A stretch of 61,703 bases of DNA, filler included, from Dugesia japonica (taxonomy: Eukaryota): NCBI GenBank assembly GCA_001938525.1. It is 6 parts of 6 records of this genome, joined end to end, with 100 filler letters (N's around TTAATTAATTAA, not from the genome) between each part and the next. Parts side by side here need not be neighbours in the genome. Positions count along the whole stretch, not along the records: positions 18,695 to 29,115 come from MQRL01582914.1; positions 29,216 to 40,199 come from MQRL01641063.1; 4 more parts are not named here. One strand, given 5' to 3'. Numbering within the stretch: position 1 is the first letter of the stretch; every line of letters starts with the position of its first letter. The position numbers and the translations under genes are program-made. Below the pieces are notes generated by a model. It did not search any database, was not told where the DNA came from, and worked only from the letters and a program-made list of their open reading frames with translations. Below, one piece after another: positions 24,480-37,499 of the stretch.

Positions 24480-25864
24480 AGCTTAAAAAAATAGCAGCTT
24501 CCGAGCAAAAATCTAAACTTAACTTAAATTATAATAAGATGTTTAAACATTATATTAAGAAAAATGATATATTAAGGATTTCTCTAACACCTGGTTCTAT
24601 TTCTAATTTAAATAAATCTGGAGACATTGTTTTCCAATCATTACAATCATTACAATATCCTTTAGATATTTGTAACGTTCGATTATATTATAAAATTGAA
24701 ATAGAACTTAGTACAGCTACTGATTATATAACTCTAGAAAATAATTTCTTTCCTAATTTATTTAGTAATATAAGATTGAAATTAGGTTCAACAGAAGTAG
24801 AATTAATTTTAAATCTAGGAGTTTATGCAACTATATTAAATTTTATTTTAATTAACGTTGATTATAAAAATGAATACGGAGAAATGGCTGGATGATTACC
24901 CGTTAATAGTAATAGAACTAACGATGTTACAAGAGAAGATATGAATACTAGTTATTATAAAAGAAAATTATTATAAAATGCTACAAAGAAATATGAAAAA
25001 TATTTTGATTTAAAATATTTATTCGGCTTTCTACAGATTTATGATAATGAATTATACATAATGTATTTATCGAATTAATATGTAATAAACAAGTGGAAGA
25101 TAAATTTCTTTTTTATGGAGTTGCTGTATTAATAGCAAAATTAAAGCTAATAATAATAGAATAATAATTTAAATAATAATAATAAATCTCCGTGGGAGAA
25201 AACTGGAGGAGATATTCAATCTTCTAAACTTACTTCATTATTATCATAGCCATTGACTTTTGAAAAATATCCTGGTGAAATACATTTATTTAGACATAAT
25301 TATACTGGACCAAATACAAGATTAGATATTCGATTAGATGAAAATAATTGTCCTTTACCAGGAGAAGAGTCAATAAATAAAGTTGATGCTGCAACATTAA
25401 AATATGCTTTGCATATAAATCAAAAGATTTAAGTGTTAAATTTATTTTAAGTATTAAATTTACATATTGCTGATGTAAATTTAATACATGATTTAAATAA
25501 TATAGGAAGTCCTTCATTTAAAGAAAAGATCCAAAGAGCTTAAGTTAAATTAGCTACGAAAGGTAAAATTTTTGTTGGAGAAGGATTAGAAAGACAGTAA
25601 AAATATAACTAATCAAAAGATTATTGAACAGGCTGCTATAGAAAGACTTTGATAACAACACTAAAATTATTGAGTCTCAAGAAGAACAATTAAATTGTGC
25701 AGCTGAATTACATCATGAATATAGAAAAACTAAAAGATTTTTAAAAGTACAAATACATAATAAAAATCACACATGGGGATGTGATATTGCTGATATGGCT
25801 AAAAATTCTACTGATGAAGAAAAATATCGTTATATTTTAGTTTGTATTGATTTATATACTAGAT
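24480..25864 (+). mobile_element. Second, internally deleted copy of the scaffold-A Polinton family (MCP - PLA2 - integrase N-terminus)
   Basis: Colinear with the reverse complement of 7468-5345: LNKSGDIVFQ, HNYTGPNTRLDIRLDENN, AAELHHEYRK, LVCIDLYTR. Deletion junction near 25165-25190. Confidence 0.92.
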
Positions 25865-26315
25865 TGTAAAATATAGTCACCTTGATCGAAATTGATCAAG
25901 TTAAGGTTAAATTCAAATAAAATAATTAAAAATAAAATTAAATTATAGCAAGCGCAGATTTGTAACGAGTCTGAACAACTGCTTTTTAATAAAGTAAAAG
26001 TTTTCCAGCAATTCATTTATTTGATTAAGACGTTGTGCTTAAAACGGCGAAGGCCAATGTTTGTTTATTTTTGCTAAGTCAAATTCTTGAAATATTTTCT
26101 TTATCTTCATAAAATTGTAATGCCAAGTAAAGGCTCGTAAACGTTAAATAATAATTTAATTAATTGGAAATAAAGTATAGTCATTTATCGTGTTCTTATG
26201 TAAATTTTTTTATTATTTATTTATATTATCAAAACTATTAGACCTTTTATTAAAGCACAGATTGAAATAAGTTGTCTTCCTTTCAAACTCTCTTAATTTA
26301 CCGCAACCGAAAATT

Positions 26316-26600
26316 AACTGCTGGCTTATTTGCTACAAAATTAGGTTCTAGACTAGATGATAAAGCATTAAATGCTATCATATGATTAAAAAACCATTTT
26401 ATTAAAGACATAAAGAAAATATAAATATAATTTAATAGTATTAAGAAATGAACATTAAATAGTATAGTATTAATAATATAGATAATAATTTTTTCAAAGT
26501 TAATTTAACAAAATTATTTTAAAAATTTATTTTAAAGTATTCGAATAATTTGAATAGTCAATTATTCGAATATTCAAAAAGACGAATATTTAGAATACTA
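26316..26600 (+). mobile_element. hAT transposase dimerisation-domain remnant with subterminal ATTCGAATA repeats
   Basis: TAGLFATKLGSRLDDKALNAII*LKNHF, followed by repeated TATTCGAATA motifs. Confidence 0.65.
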
Positions 26601-27339
26601 ACTTAGATAATATTAAAAAGTTCTTTTATCGCGGAAAATAGCATAAAAAATACAATTAACGTTAATATTTTCTTTCTCAATAGTTTTTTAAATAACAGAA
26701 ACACGATTTGGAAATCATATATTGATTCATATATGGTTAGTAAGAGTCAAATTCATTTCATAGTGAATTTTAGGAATTTTCAAAATACATAACATTCTAA
26801 AAATTATTATTTTCAATTTTTAATGATAATATAACTAACAATCAGAAGTGCTCCAGCCAAAACCAAATACTTATTTGTAGAATTCATATTTTGTCGAACT
26901 AAACTTTGGATTAATTATAAATAACATTTAATTATTTATTTACAAGTGACAATACAGTTTTCATGATCCATATTAATTTCCTGAAATTTAGAAGTATACC
27001 ATGTTTTATCAATGGTTCCACTAAGAAATAAATTATTTTCGTCAGAGAATGAATCATTTTTCTGTGATGTTTTACCTGCAAATTCAGAATCCTCAAAGAA
27101 AGTAAAAATCTAAAAATAATTTGACTTTATTCACAACAAAATGATCATGGTAAGCTACATTGCTTAAATTCAACTTGATCACCAAGCTAAATCAAAGTAT
27201 TTATTTTAAGTTAAACTTGATCAATGAAATTCTTAAATCGCAATTTCTTAAATTACTTTAAAATATTTGAAATTACAACTTTTATCTTTTGTATAAATAA
27301 CTTAAATTCAGTATATAAAACATTTCAGTCTACAATAAA

Positions 27340-28680
27340 TTTCAGTCAAGCGTTTTATCAAGCTAAACTATCAGAGAAGTCAAGATTGGTTACAGCTTTT
27401 AGTACCAAACAAGGTAAGTTTTGTTTCAATTGTATGCCTTTTGGATTAGCAACAGCACTGGGAACATTTCAGAAATTGATTCATGAACTGTTAGAAGGCC
27501 TTCTTTTTAACGATCTACTGGTTTATATTGATGATATTATGATTTATAGCTCTAGTAAAAAGAAACACGACGATATATTAAAGGAAGGTTTTTGACGCAT
27601 AGTGCTGGTTTGAAGGTAAATCCAGAGAAATGTAAATTTCATCAACGAGAGTTAATCTTTTTGAGACATACAGTAAATGAAGATGTGGTAAGAACAAGTA
27701 AAAAGAAAATTGAAGAAATTTGACAAGCAGAACCTCCTGTTTGCATTTTTCACCTGCGTTTTTTCTTGGGACTAATAAACTATTATCAAAGACTTATTCA
27801 CGATATACAGAAATTGCAATATCATTATATGCTGTCATTTCAGGTAAAGATAAGGTTTTATAATGCATTGATTTAACAAAGTTTTCAAAATATAAAGGAT
27901 ATATTATGTGATGCACAGATATTAGACTTTCCTAGAAAGAATCGAGTTTTTGTGCCTGATACAGATACTTATTTTTGCGCCATTGGAGCAGGACTCAGTC
28001 AAAGTAGAGAAGACAGAAATTAGTCAGTTATTGCATATGAATCTAATTATTTATAGGCTCATGAGCTGGGCAACTGAAAAAAGTTGTTAGCTTTATACAA
28101 ATTTATTTTACATTTTAAACAATATTTATATGGGAAACAGTTTACTGCACGCATTGATCATAAAGACTTAGTTTTTATGAATACTACAAAGAATCCCACC
28201 AGTTCCTAATTTCAGATATGGTTGGCAAATTTATCTAAATCCAATTTTGAGTTGAAGTATAGAAAAGGCGATGCTAATGGAATGTCAAGGATTTCTCACA
28301 TCACATGTGCGCAGTGTCAGACAAAACACATTAATACAAAGATAGAAAATTACAAGACGAAATATATCAATATGATGCAGGAGGATATTAGTCGGCTCGA
28401 GAGAATACAACATGAACAGAAACTAGATTCAGTTATTAATGTGTTCAAGGAGTTTTTAACAGGAAGAGGGATGAGTTGTAAGAAGTTTCAGAAAAGAATA
28501 TTCTTTATTCTACTAGAAACAGTCTTAATATAGTGAACTGCTGGTTCAAAGAAAATATGATAAAAATCTTATTTTAATACAAGAAGAATTTTTACAGGAG
28601 TTCTTGACAAATAAGCATTCAGAATTATATCATTTCTGAAGCAAGGAGATTATGTTTCATTGTATTAAGTTAGAGAAATG
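27340..28680 (+). pseudogene. Ty3/gypsy pol remnant (RT, RNase H)
   Basis: TAFST..FNCMPFGL..VYIDDIMIYS; DTD..AIGAGLSQ; HFKQYLYGKQFTARIDHK. Confidence 0.9.
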
Positions 28681-28759
28681 AAAAGGAGTGGAGGAAACTA
28701 ATGCCAATAATGACAAGAAAGAGTGAGATAGTATTATCAAATGAAGTCAAATAATTTTA

Positions 28760-29065
28760 TCTGAAATTTACATGAACTTTAAAATATGATTGAAAATTAA
28801 CTAGAACTTTTTTCAATCTAGTCAAAATTTACAGGAACTTTTCTAAAATCACAAAATCCTATGTAAAAGAGCGGGAAAATAATTCTAAAATTTACTAGAA
28901 CTTTTTCAAAATCATTGAGAATTTACATGAACTTTTTTAAAACTAGTCAAAATTTCCACAAACTTTTCTAAAGCTGGTTAAAAAATTTACAGGAACTTTT
29001 TAATCATCATTGAAAATTTCCACAAACTTTTCTAAAGGTAGTTAAATTTTACATAAACTTTTCTA
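28760..29065. repeat. Degenerate ~30-bp tandem minisatellite
   Basis: Recurrent AAATTTAC(A/T)NGAACTTTT(C/T)(T/C)AAA units. Confidence 0.75.
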
Positions 29066-29115
29066 TAATAATGAGTCTAATTATGACAATTGACTATATA
29101 CAATCTTTATATATA

Positions 29116-29215
29116 NNNNNNNNNNNNNNNNNNNNNNNNNNNNNNNNNNNNNNNNNNNNTTAATTAATTAANNNNNNNNNNNNNNNNNNNNNNNNNNNNN
29201 NNNNNNNNNNNNNNN
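29116..29215. other. Artificial scaffold-joining spacer
   Basis: 44 N + TTAATTAATTAA + 44 N. Confidence 0.97.
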
Positions 29216-29277
<62 letters not shown>

Positions 29278-29286
29278 AATAATAAT
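29216..29286. repeat. (ATT)n/(AAT)n microsatellite
   Basis: About 20 ATT units followed by AAT units. Confidence 0.95.
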
Positions 29287-30799
29287 ACAATTTTCATTGT
29301 TATTATTTAAATAAATTTGAAAGTTAGATAATAAAAACGATTTCTAGTCATATTTAATACACACACAGTTATGAAAAATAGGGATCCCCAACTGGTAAGT
29401 TGCAATTAGAAGATTGATCACCTTTGTAGAAAGCAACCGCAACAGTTGTCTAATGACTATAACTGAAGAATTAATTGGGTATTACTGGATATGTTATGCG
29501 CAAATAAGAAAGGAAGACTACGCGAAGCCCTAAGTACAATAACAAGTATGTTAACGGGAGACCACGTAGGAAAATAGAGGAAGCATATTAAAGGAAGCCT
29601 GCGTATGGGAGGGAAAACCTCGGAAAAAATTAAAGGAAGTCCACGCAAGGAAGGAAGACCACGTGAAGGCCTAAGCACGTTAACCAGTACGTTAAAGGTA
29701 GACCAAGTCGAGAAATAAGGAAGCATAATTAAGGAAGCCTGATTAGAGGAAGCATTAAAGGAAGAGAAGCCGGAAGCGTTCACCTGCACGAAAAGGGTAC
29801 TCCAAATGGGGTCGCCCATCCCTCAGAAAACTCTCGGTACTCCCCATAAATTTAAGAAACGTGTGCACTGTTACCACAGCATTTTAAAAGGAAGAAAAGC
29901 AAGGAAGCCAGAAAAGTTCGCCTATACTACAGAAAAATGGGTACTCCCACCTTTAGGAAGAGATAACCTGGCATTAATTAGGAAGAAATTAAAGAAGCAT
30001 TACAGAAAGATTAAAGGAAGACTTAATTAAGGAAAATTAGAAGGAAGATTAAAGGAAAATTTAAGTAGGGAAAGTTAAATAGGAAAAATTGAGGAAGATG
30101 GTGATGGGGCCTTGATGACAAGTCTGGAGCAGCATGATAGTAAAGTAAGCTTAAAATCAGGAAGAGGAGTGATTGTCTCCTAAGTAAAGGCAATTAGAAG
30201 TAAATTTTCATTCTAGAAAGTTAAGATACAAGTATTACAAAACCATTACCGAAATACAGTAGGCAACACACAAGCCGGACTCTGACAAAATAGATTCCTA
30301 CTCGGAAAATAAAAACCACTTACCAGGTCTGACACTTCCGGATTAACCACCCCAAGCTCAATTCTAAAAGAAAACCAACTTACTCGGCAAAGGTCATCAA
30401 GGAGGCCAAAGAAATCGTCACTCTATTTGGACCAGGAAGAGAACATTTGCTCGCGCAAGAAACCAGAATTCGACAAACCAGTATCCAAAAATAAAACGTT
30501 AAAACCATCAGCTCAAACAGTAGCCCAAGTGATAAAGAAAATCAAATAATCCAGAAGCGAACCCACAGTAATAAACCCACCAATAAAAACCGACTAAGCG
30601 AACTAAGTTATATCTCGGAAGAGACGGAGATAATAAGCAGTAACCAAAGAAGCACCGAAATTTTAACGTTAAGAGACGATAACCAAAGAAACGAAACCAC
30701 CCCATCTACAACTGAAAACCCGAAAATAGAACCAACACAGCAAAGGACAAAAACATGACAACTAAAACCGAAAACCATTGACCGGAGTGGAAAAAAAAT

Positions 30800-31650
30800 T
30801 TCGATGGCGAATATTTTAGCGGAATACCGGAAAAGTTGGATGAATTTATCCAAAATTACAAAATTTATGCCAAATCCTGTGGCTGGGACGAGGAAGCAAA
30901 AAGAAAACGATTACCGGCTTACTTAACAGGAGTAGCCAAATAATTTGGGACCATACTAAGGTTATGAAAGCCATTCCCAATAAATGGGAATTAGTAGTGA
31001 AAATACTAACTGAAAATTTCCAAAATTTAAAGTTGACTGGCGAAGATTTTGAACAATTTACCAATCGAAAACAACAACGAGGGGAAACTCCACAAACTTA
31101 TATGATGGAACTCAAGAAGCGCGGAAAACTGGCCTTAGGAGATAAACTGGAAGACAGTCAAGTGTTAGCTATATTTTTAAATGGATTACGCGACGAACAC
31201 GCCAAACTAATAGTAAAGTTGAGTAAGCCAGTGACTCTACAGGACGTTCTTGCCACATTGCGAATTGTAGCAGATAGACCGTCAGAACGAATATTCAAAG
31301 TAGAAGGACAGACAGAGAAATATAATCTAACACTCAATCAATGATGAAAATCCTGACCCCAGGGCAGGAACGGAATAACAGGAATGATAGACCTAACTAT
31401 CCCCTAGGAGATGGTGGAGAATATAATGCACCGCGGAACAGTTGGCTAAATAACCGGGATATACAATGTAATTCCTGTGGAAGAAAGGGGCATATAGCCC
31501 GAGATTGTACAAGTAGAGGCAATAATAATAACAACAATCGATGTTGTACTTATTGCAAGAGAACCAACCACAATGTAGAAATGTGTTTTCTGAAAAATCC
31601 AACTGTCTGTTATAAGTGTAATAGAAGAGGGAATATGGCGAAAGAATGTC
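30800..31650 (+). pseudogene. Gag capsid domain and three zinc knuckles
   Basis: FSGIPEKLDEFIQNY..GWDEEAK..LPAYLTG; RKQQRGETPQTY; FLNGL; CNSCGRKGHIARDC, CTYCKRTNHNVEMC, CYKCNRRGNMAKEC. Confidence 0.9.
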
Positions 31651-34249
31651 CAAGCGGAAATCAAACAAATTATAATCGCAATCCAAATACAAATCTGGAT
31701 AATTTAATGCAGGAAAATGAGAGATTAAGTCAACGAGCAAACCAAAACAAGGAACAAGTCAACTTAGTGCATCAGAATACTTTTGACAACGTTTACTACA
31801 AAGTTCAACAAGAAAATGATTGGCTCAAATGGCAAAATCAAGATTTTCAGGTACAGCAGGAGAGACTAGCAAAAAGGAACTTGCTAAACAAACCACACAA
31901 GAATCAATGTAATATGGTCAGAACACATAGACAGATTTATATCCAACATGACGAAACAACGGAGGTTACCGAAATGGAGGATACTCGGAAACGAATACTG
32001 ATTGCATCACCCAAATTTGAGTGAACCAATGAAATCATCTTTAAAACAATAGAAACATCAACGTAAAACACCGGAAAAAGGCGAGTGACGAATCAGTTAC
32101 TTCGGTTATACCAACACCCACAAGTACATGCAAAAGTAAAAGCCAACTGGCAGAAAATAATATCGGATTACATCACCGAGCTTTATAAAGAAACTAAGTT
32201 AGAAGATTACGAATTCGAAATTCAATATGTATGGCATAATAACCCGAATGGCATTCCGAAACGATTAAAGCTATCGCTAAAGGGATTGACAGTTCGACAC
32301 TTGAAAGAAGTCCTTAACGAAATTAAATGGGGCGAGGTAAACGGTATCAAAGATATGAAGGTAAAACCGTTTCTCGAATTACCACCGTTTAATGATAAAC
32401 AACAATGGAATTAAAAGTGGAATAGGCATAGATTACAAATAGGTAATATAGGAATCAATATTCTTCCAGATGATAAGAATCTAATTTATTAGGGGGCACG
32501 ACCTCATGAAACAACAGTAATCAAATTGATAAATTGAGGTTTGGTATTCAGACCACAAATAGTAAATCAAGAAATAGAAACTGATGAGTTATATCATAAT
32601 CTCGAGGAAACATTCCTAAAGGAAATAGTTTCCACCAAGGCTCAAAACTACTTACGAAAAAGTTTTGAAAAAGTGATAGTGATGGACTATCCGAAGATGG
32701 GACAAAATGAAGCCTCACGATTATCATTAGCTCGAATTGATGAGATACTAGTAGCCGCCCAAAAACTCCATTATACAATTAAGAGGAATGTATACCTAAA
32801 GTTAACTAATCGATTGGTAGAGTTATTGGAAGTATAAAACTGGTCACTAATTTTGAAAGTGACTGGCTACCAGTACATTATGATTGGGTCATATCCAACA
32901 TTGGATTACCAGATTACCAAGTATGGTTGTATAAGCCAGAAGGAAATATGAAACTGACACTCGCGGGATTAATGATAGAAGATCTGGAATCGGCGCTTAA
33001 TCAAGCAGGCTATCCATTCATAACTGATAAATACGGATGTACTCCAAGTGCTATAGTGAATTTTAATGCCAAAAATAGCCATCTATATAATTTTTGGGTA
33101 AAACCAAGTAAAGAAATTGAAATTGTAATATTGAACAAACACCCAGGTATCGACTATGACATATGGGTAACGAAAACCGGAAGATCGGCCCTAGAAATCA
33201 TGGGAGAAATGGAATATCTATATAAACAAGAAGTAGAACCTATTAAAATAAAGATACTTTCCACAGTTTTGAGAAAGAAAGACAAACTGACAAAGGAGAA
33301 AAGGAAGCAGTTATTGATGATGCGTAACGATTTTCTCAAACAACGATTAGAGAGAAGAGAAGGTAAATGCAACATAATATGGATGCAGCAAATGCCGGCG
33401 AGAGAAGTAGTAGCGATGCGTAAAGTGGAGGAAATGGTTAACCAAGTACAGATAGAGAAGGAAAAGTTACCCCGAGAGACGTATTAGATGATAATGAATA
33501 GAATCTACGACATATATGATGGGTTAGAAATATCTGAAGAAATCGAGGATCAATGGCTCATGATTAGACAGAAGTATGCCGAAGAAATATTGGCAACTAG
33601 CAAATTCAGGACTATAAATTATATTTGAATATAGGTAATTTGAATATAGTGACTAAGTATAGCCGATTAAAGCCGCAAGGAATAACCATGATGGATTTGA
33701 TGGATACAGTTACCGATAAGTGACAAGAACATGGATTAAACATGGTACCTCTATTCATAAACGGCAAATTGGTCGAGACAGATGACGAGGACAAACACAT
33801 ATTCCAATGCCATGCAAAGCCCGGAGAAATATGGGAGTTAGATGTAGAGAATTAGCCGCGGACAGCTCAATCATCAGATCTTGAGGAACGAATGGAAGAG
33901 ATAACAGAATTATACGTATCCGAGGTATTGGCGGGTATAAAAGAACAAGTAAAAGAAAATCAGAAAATACAGAATATTGATAACCTACCAATAATTACCA
34001 CAAAATCAGTTGAATTTCCGGTAGGGACACCGACAATACGTGATATTCGGATGAACTACACGAAACCAATAACTGAGGAATCCGCCATGTTCCACGCTAT
34101 CAACGATCTACTAAGAGTAACACGGGAAACTCGACCTGTTTCCTGCGGGATTTGGCAACCTATGGTCAACTCAGCTTGTGGGCTCGAGCACAATGGTGGA
34201 AAGAGAAAACCTATATGAAGAGGAAGTACAAAATACATCCACTATATCT

Positions 34250-34430
34250 GACTATTCCATCAGAGTCAGCCTCCTCAGCAAAGGTGGAAGCATAAAGAAG
34301 GTGGATATGATAACCTTGGAGGGATTAACTATCCAACATGTTAAAAAACCAATCAAGAAATGGTTATGGCCAAAATCGCTCAAGTCATATAAAATGCAGG
34401 CGGGAGCAACAATAATCATATTAGCCAAGA
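34250..34430 (+). pseudogene. Ubiquitin-like domain (internally shortened) in the polyprotein
   Basis: TIQHVKKPIK resembles ubiquitin TIENVKAKIQ; KSLKSYKMQAGATIIILAK resembles RTLSDYNIQKESTLHLVLR. Confidence 0.5.
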
Positions 34431-35570
34431 AAGAGTACCACATCTTTCTACATGATATTAAACCAGGGGAGATCACAGAAATTAAACTAACGCCGCGAAA
34501 AATAACAATAGATATACCGATTCCAATACCTGATACAGATCAACTCATATTCAACATGATGAGCCTATATATACAGAAAATATTACCGGTGGAGAATGAA
34601 CGCCTCATAATTACTTATGGGGAAAACATAGTCAAAGTAAACATGGTTAGGAATAACGAGTTCGATGCCACAGATCCAGCATCAAATTAGGAGGAGGAGG
34701 AAGAAGAAGCCGCAGAAGACACAGTCAATTCCAGACTTTTACCATTTAAACAAGAATTTGTTGGTCCTTTCAGTTATCCTCAAGCAGAGCGTATATCGAA
34801 GATAATTTCTGATTTTTGCTTTTTCTGGAAAGGATATCTAGGGCAACATTTTGGAAGGCATTAAATTTACTGGTGAACTTGGCGAAGTATACCGAAATAG
34901 CAAGGGAAGAATGTGACAAATGGGAATCAGTGCTCAAGCAGTATATTAGTGCAGTGAAGACAAATGCCAAGGGAGACGATTTCCAGGTCACTATAGAATA
35001 TCAGACACCAAACAAAAAACTCAGAAAGGAACCGAAATTGGCTGTAATGCATATACCCCATTTCAACAGTACATCAGCTGTGGAATTGCAGGAAATCATA
35101 GAATCGTTGGATATAGCTGACCAGCAAAACGGCTAAAAATCACAAACGTTCCGAGATTCCCGATAAAGTTCGAAGGTAAACAACATTTAATGGACGTAGG
35201 ATTGAGACCAGGTCAAAATACATTTCTCCAAATACAGAAACCGGAAGATTACACGCCAGTCCCAGTAAAGTCCATGAAAGAAGTATTAAAACAACAAAAG
35301 GATTTATATGAACAAAAAATCATCAGTTATAAACTGTTTGAAGAAGTCGACGATAGAACAATGGAGATAAATATTGAGTTATGGGAAGACAGTAAATCAT
35401 GGGAAAGTTTGGCACGGGCAATAATGAAAATACTCCTGACTCTGGAAGAAAACTTGGAACTATTAAGAGATAACAAAGTCATAAAACTAATCCTGAAATT
35501 GAATCAGCCACGAGCTATAAGCCGTATGCCAAAGGACGCAATGGATGCAATATTATATTAAGCAGTTCGA

Positions 35571-35855
35571 ATGATAACTATCAAAGCAGTCACCATAATA
35601 ATCAAATTTCCAGATGAAAGCGAAATTCATTGCCAGGTCCAAATGAATGACCCATGGTCTAAGTTACGAAGGAGGATTATAAACTTTATGAACCAACAAC
35701 GTAACCTTGGTAAGGCGGGAACCAGAGTACAATCACTATTCCAGGAAGACAATATAGTACTCTATTACAACCAAGTAATAGAACCAGACCAAATGAGGTT
35801 GCCAGTGAAATATATGGGGGTATGGCCAGGTACTCAATTAAAAATTTACGTAACT
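35571..35855 (+). pseudogene. SUMO-like beta-grasp domain in the polyprotein
   Basis: IIIKFPDESEIHCQVQMNDPWSKL resembles SUMO1 [40 protein letters not shown] resembles TPKELGMEEEDVIEVY. No terminal GG. Confidence 0.6.
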
Positions 35856-37055
35856 GCAAAGGATGAAGAGAGACGGAGACCACGGTTCTCAGAGGAAAAA
35901 TGGAAACAGGAAGCTAGAGGAGTAGTAGAATATTATATAAAAGAAATACATCCACTAGTATTCGCAAGAGCCAAACTCCCTAGACAAGAACAAAGTAAAC
36001 AACGAGTGGAAATGGTAGCACCTCTGACCAACACACCAATCAAAGATGAAAAGCCAGAGGACAATTTACCAAAATTATTTGAATTGTTAGTGGGGGATAA
36101 GTTAATAAAGCCAGAAATAATACATCAATCCAATATAGTCTTACAACAAGATCTGCAGTTAAGATACCAGTATATAATACGATAAAGCACTTACGAGACA
36201 AGTTACCATATAAACCACCATACAAACTCCTAGATGAAGAGGGAATAGTGGAAGATACCACCCCAATTGGGCTAATGAAAATAGATTTAGTCAAACCCAA
36301 CACGTTATGAATTTTTTCAGAACTAGGAGGTACCCTTACTCGGAAAGAAGCGGACCCCTATAAGGCCGCAGATAAGACAAGACCAATAATGGGAGAAATC
36401 TCAGGTATGTTAAAAGCATATAAACATCGTACACAATTAGCGGCTATCCAAAACTTAAGACCTACCATAGATCAGTCGGGAAGTACGAAAACTTCTCGAG
36501 AAACAAAAGAAACCCCTAAAACAAGCCAAGATTGTGAGCGTGAAATATTCGGATATCCATCAGCAGATGAATTAGCAGAAGATAAAAATGAATTGCCAAT
36601 CACAAGATATTGACCTCCAACTAGGAAACGTGAAGAAATAAAAACCAAAGAGCCAACACGACGTAAAAAATTAATATCCTAGCAAGGTAGACTTTGACAA
36701 GGAAGATGTATTAGAAGAACAACCATTATCGCCAATATTGAGTAGAATAGCAAAAGAATTGCCATCCTCGGTATTGGATGACTTGATGGATACAAACCAC
36801 CCNNNNNAAATGGAAAATCCTATAGAATTAGAAGAAGAAGAAGTGCCACCAAAACCCTCACGCACCAGTGTGGATGCAGAAACAATTACTGAACCTCGAA
36901 ATAGAGGCAGACCAAGAACAAAACCTCCAGGAAACCCAGAGGAGGAAGAAGCATTGAAACAAAAACGATTAACAGCATCAGTAAACCACCAAACTAAGCT
37001 ATTAGCAACGATATCACAGGAAAGATACCATGAGAGTTCAGCGGATGATGACATG

Positions 37056-37457
37056 CCAACCGAAGTAGTAATACGGCAATTATTGCTAATGCTTTATCCA
37101 GAACTTAAGATATGGATTGGTAAATTCCAACTATCNNNNNNNNNNNNNNNNNNNNCAAAGGAAATAGAAGCAGCCATTAAGAAATTTCCCGCTACTAAAG
37201 GTACTAGTCATGGCACAAGAGACAGCTTAGAAGGAATAATGGATGAGTTATTACAGGATCAGCCATCGAAAGGAAGAATAGTGGTATCTATAGCCCATTT
37301 AATTAATCAAACACACCTATCAATCGCTAGAAGCAAACCATCAAAAAACTTCATTCTTAGTAAATTAACAATAGTGGATCTAATGCAGAACAAAATCGTG
37401 CCGTTGATAAAGCAGCATGGAGGATGGAAAAAGTTTATTGAGGCCATATGCGTTTAG
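37056..37457 (+). pseudogene. Bcl-2-like domain in the polyprotein
   Basis: BH1-like IMDELLQDQPSKGRIVVSIAHL (motif core ~37266) and BH2-like LIKQHGGWKKF (~37404-37436) at plausible spacing. Confidence 0.75.
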
Positions 37458-37499
37458 CCCCAATCATTTCATGAAAATGCAACTAGAGTAATCAGAATT

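Noticed and set aside
25865-26240. Possible LTR (TGTAAAATAT...) interrupting the integrase
   Set aside because: No second LTR, PBS or TSD identifiable.
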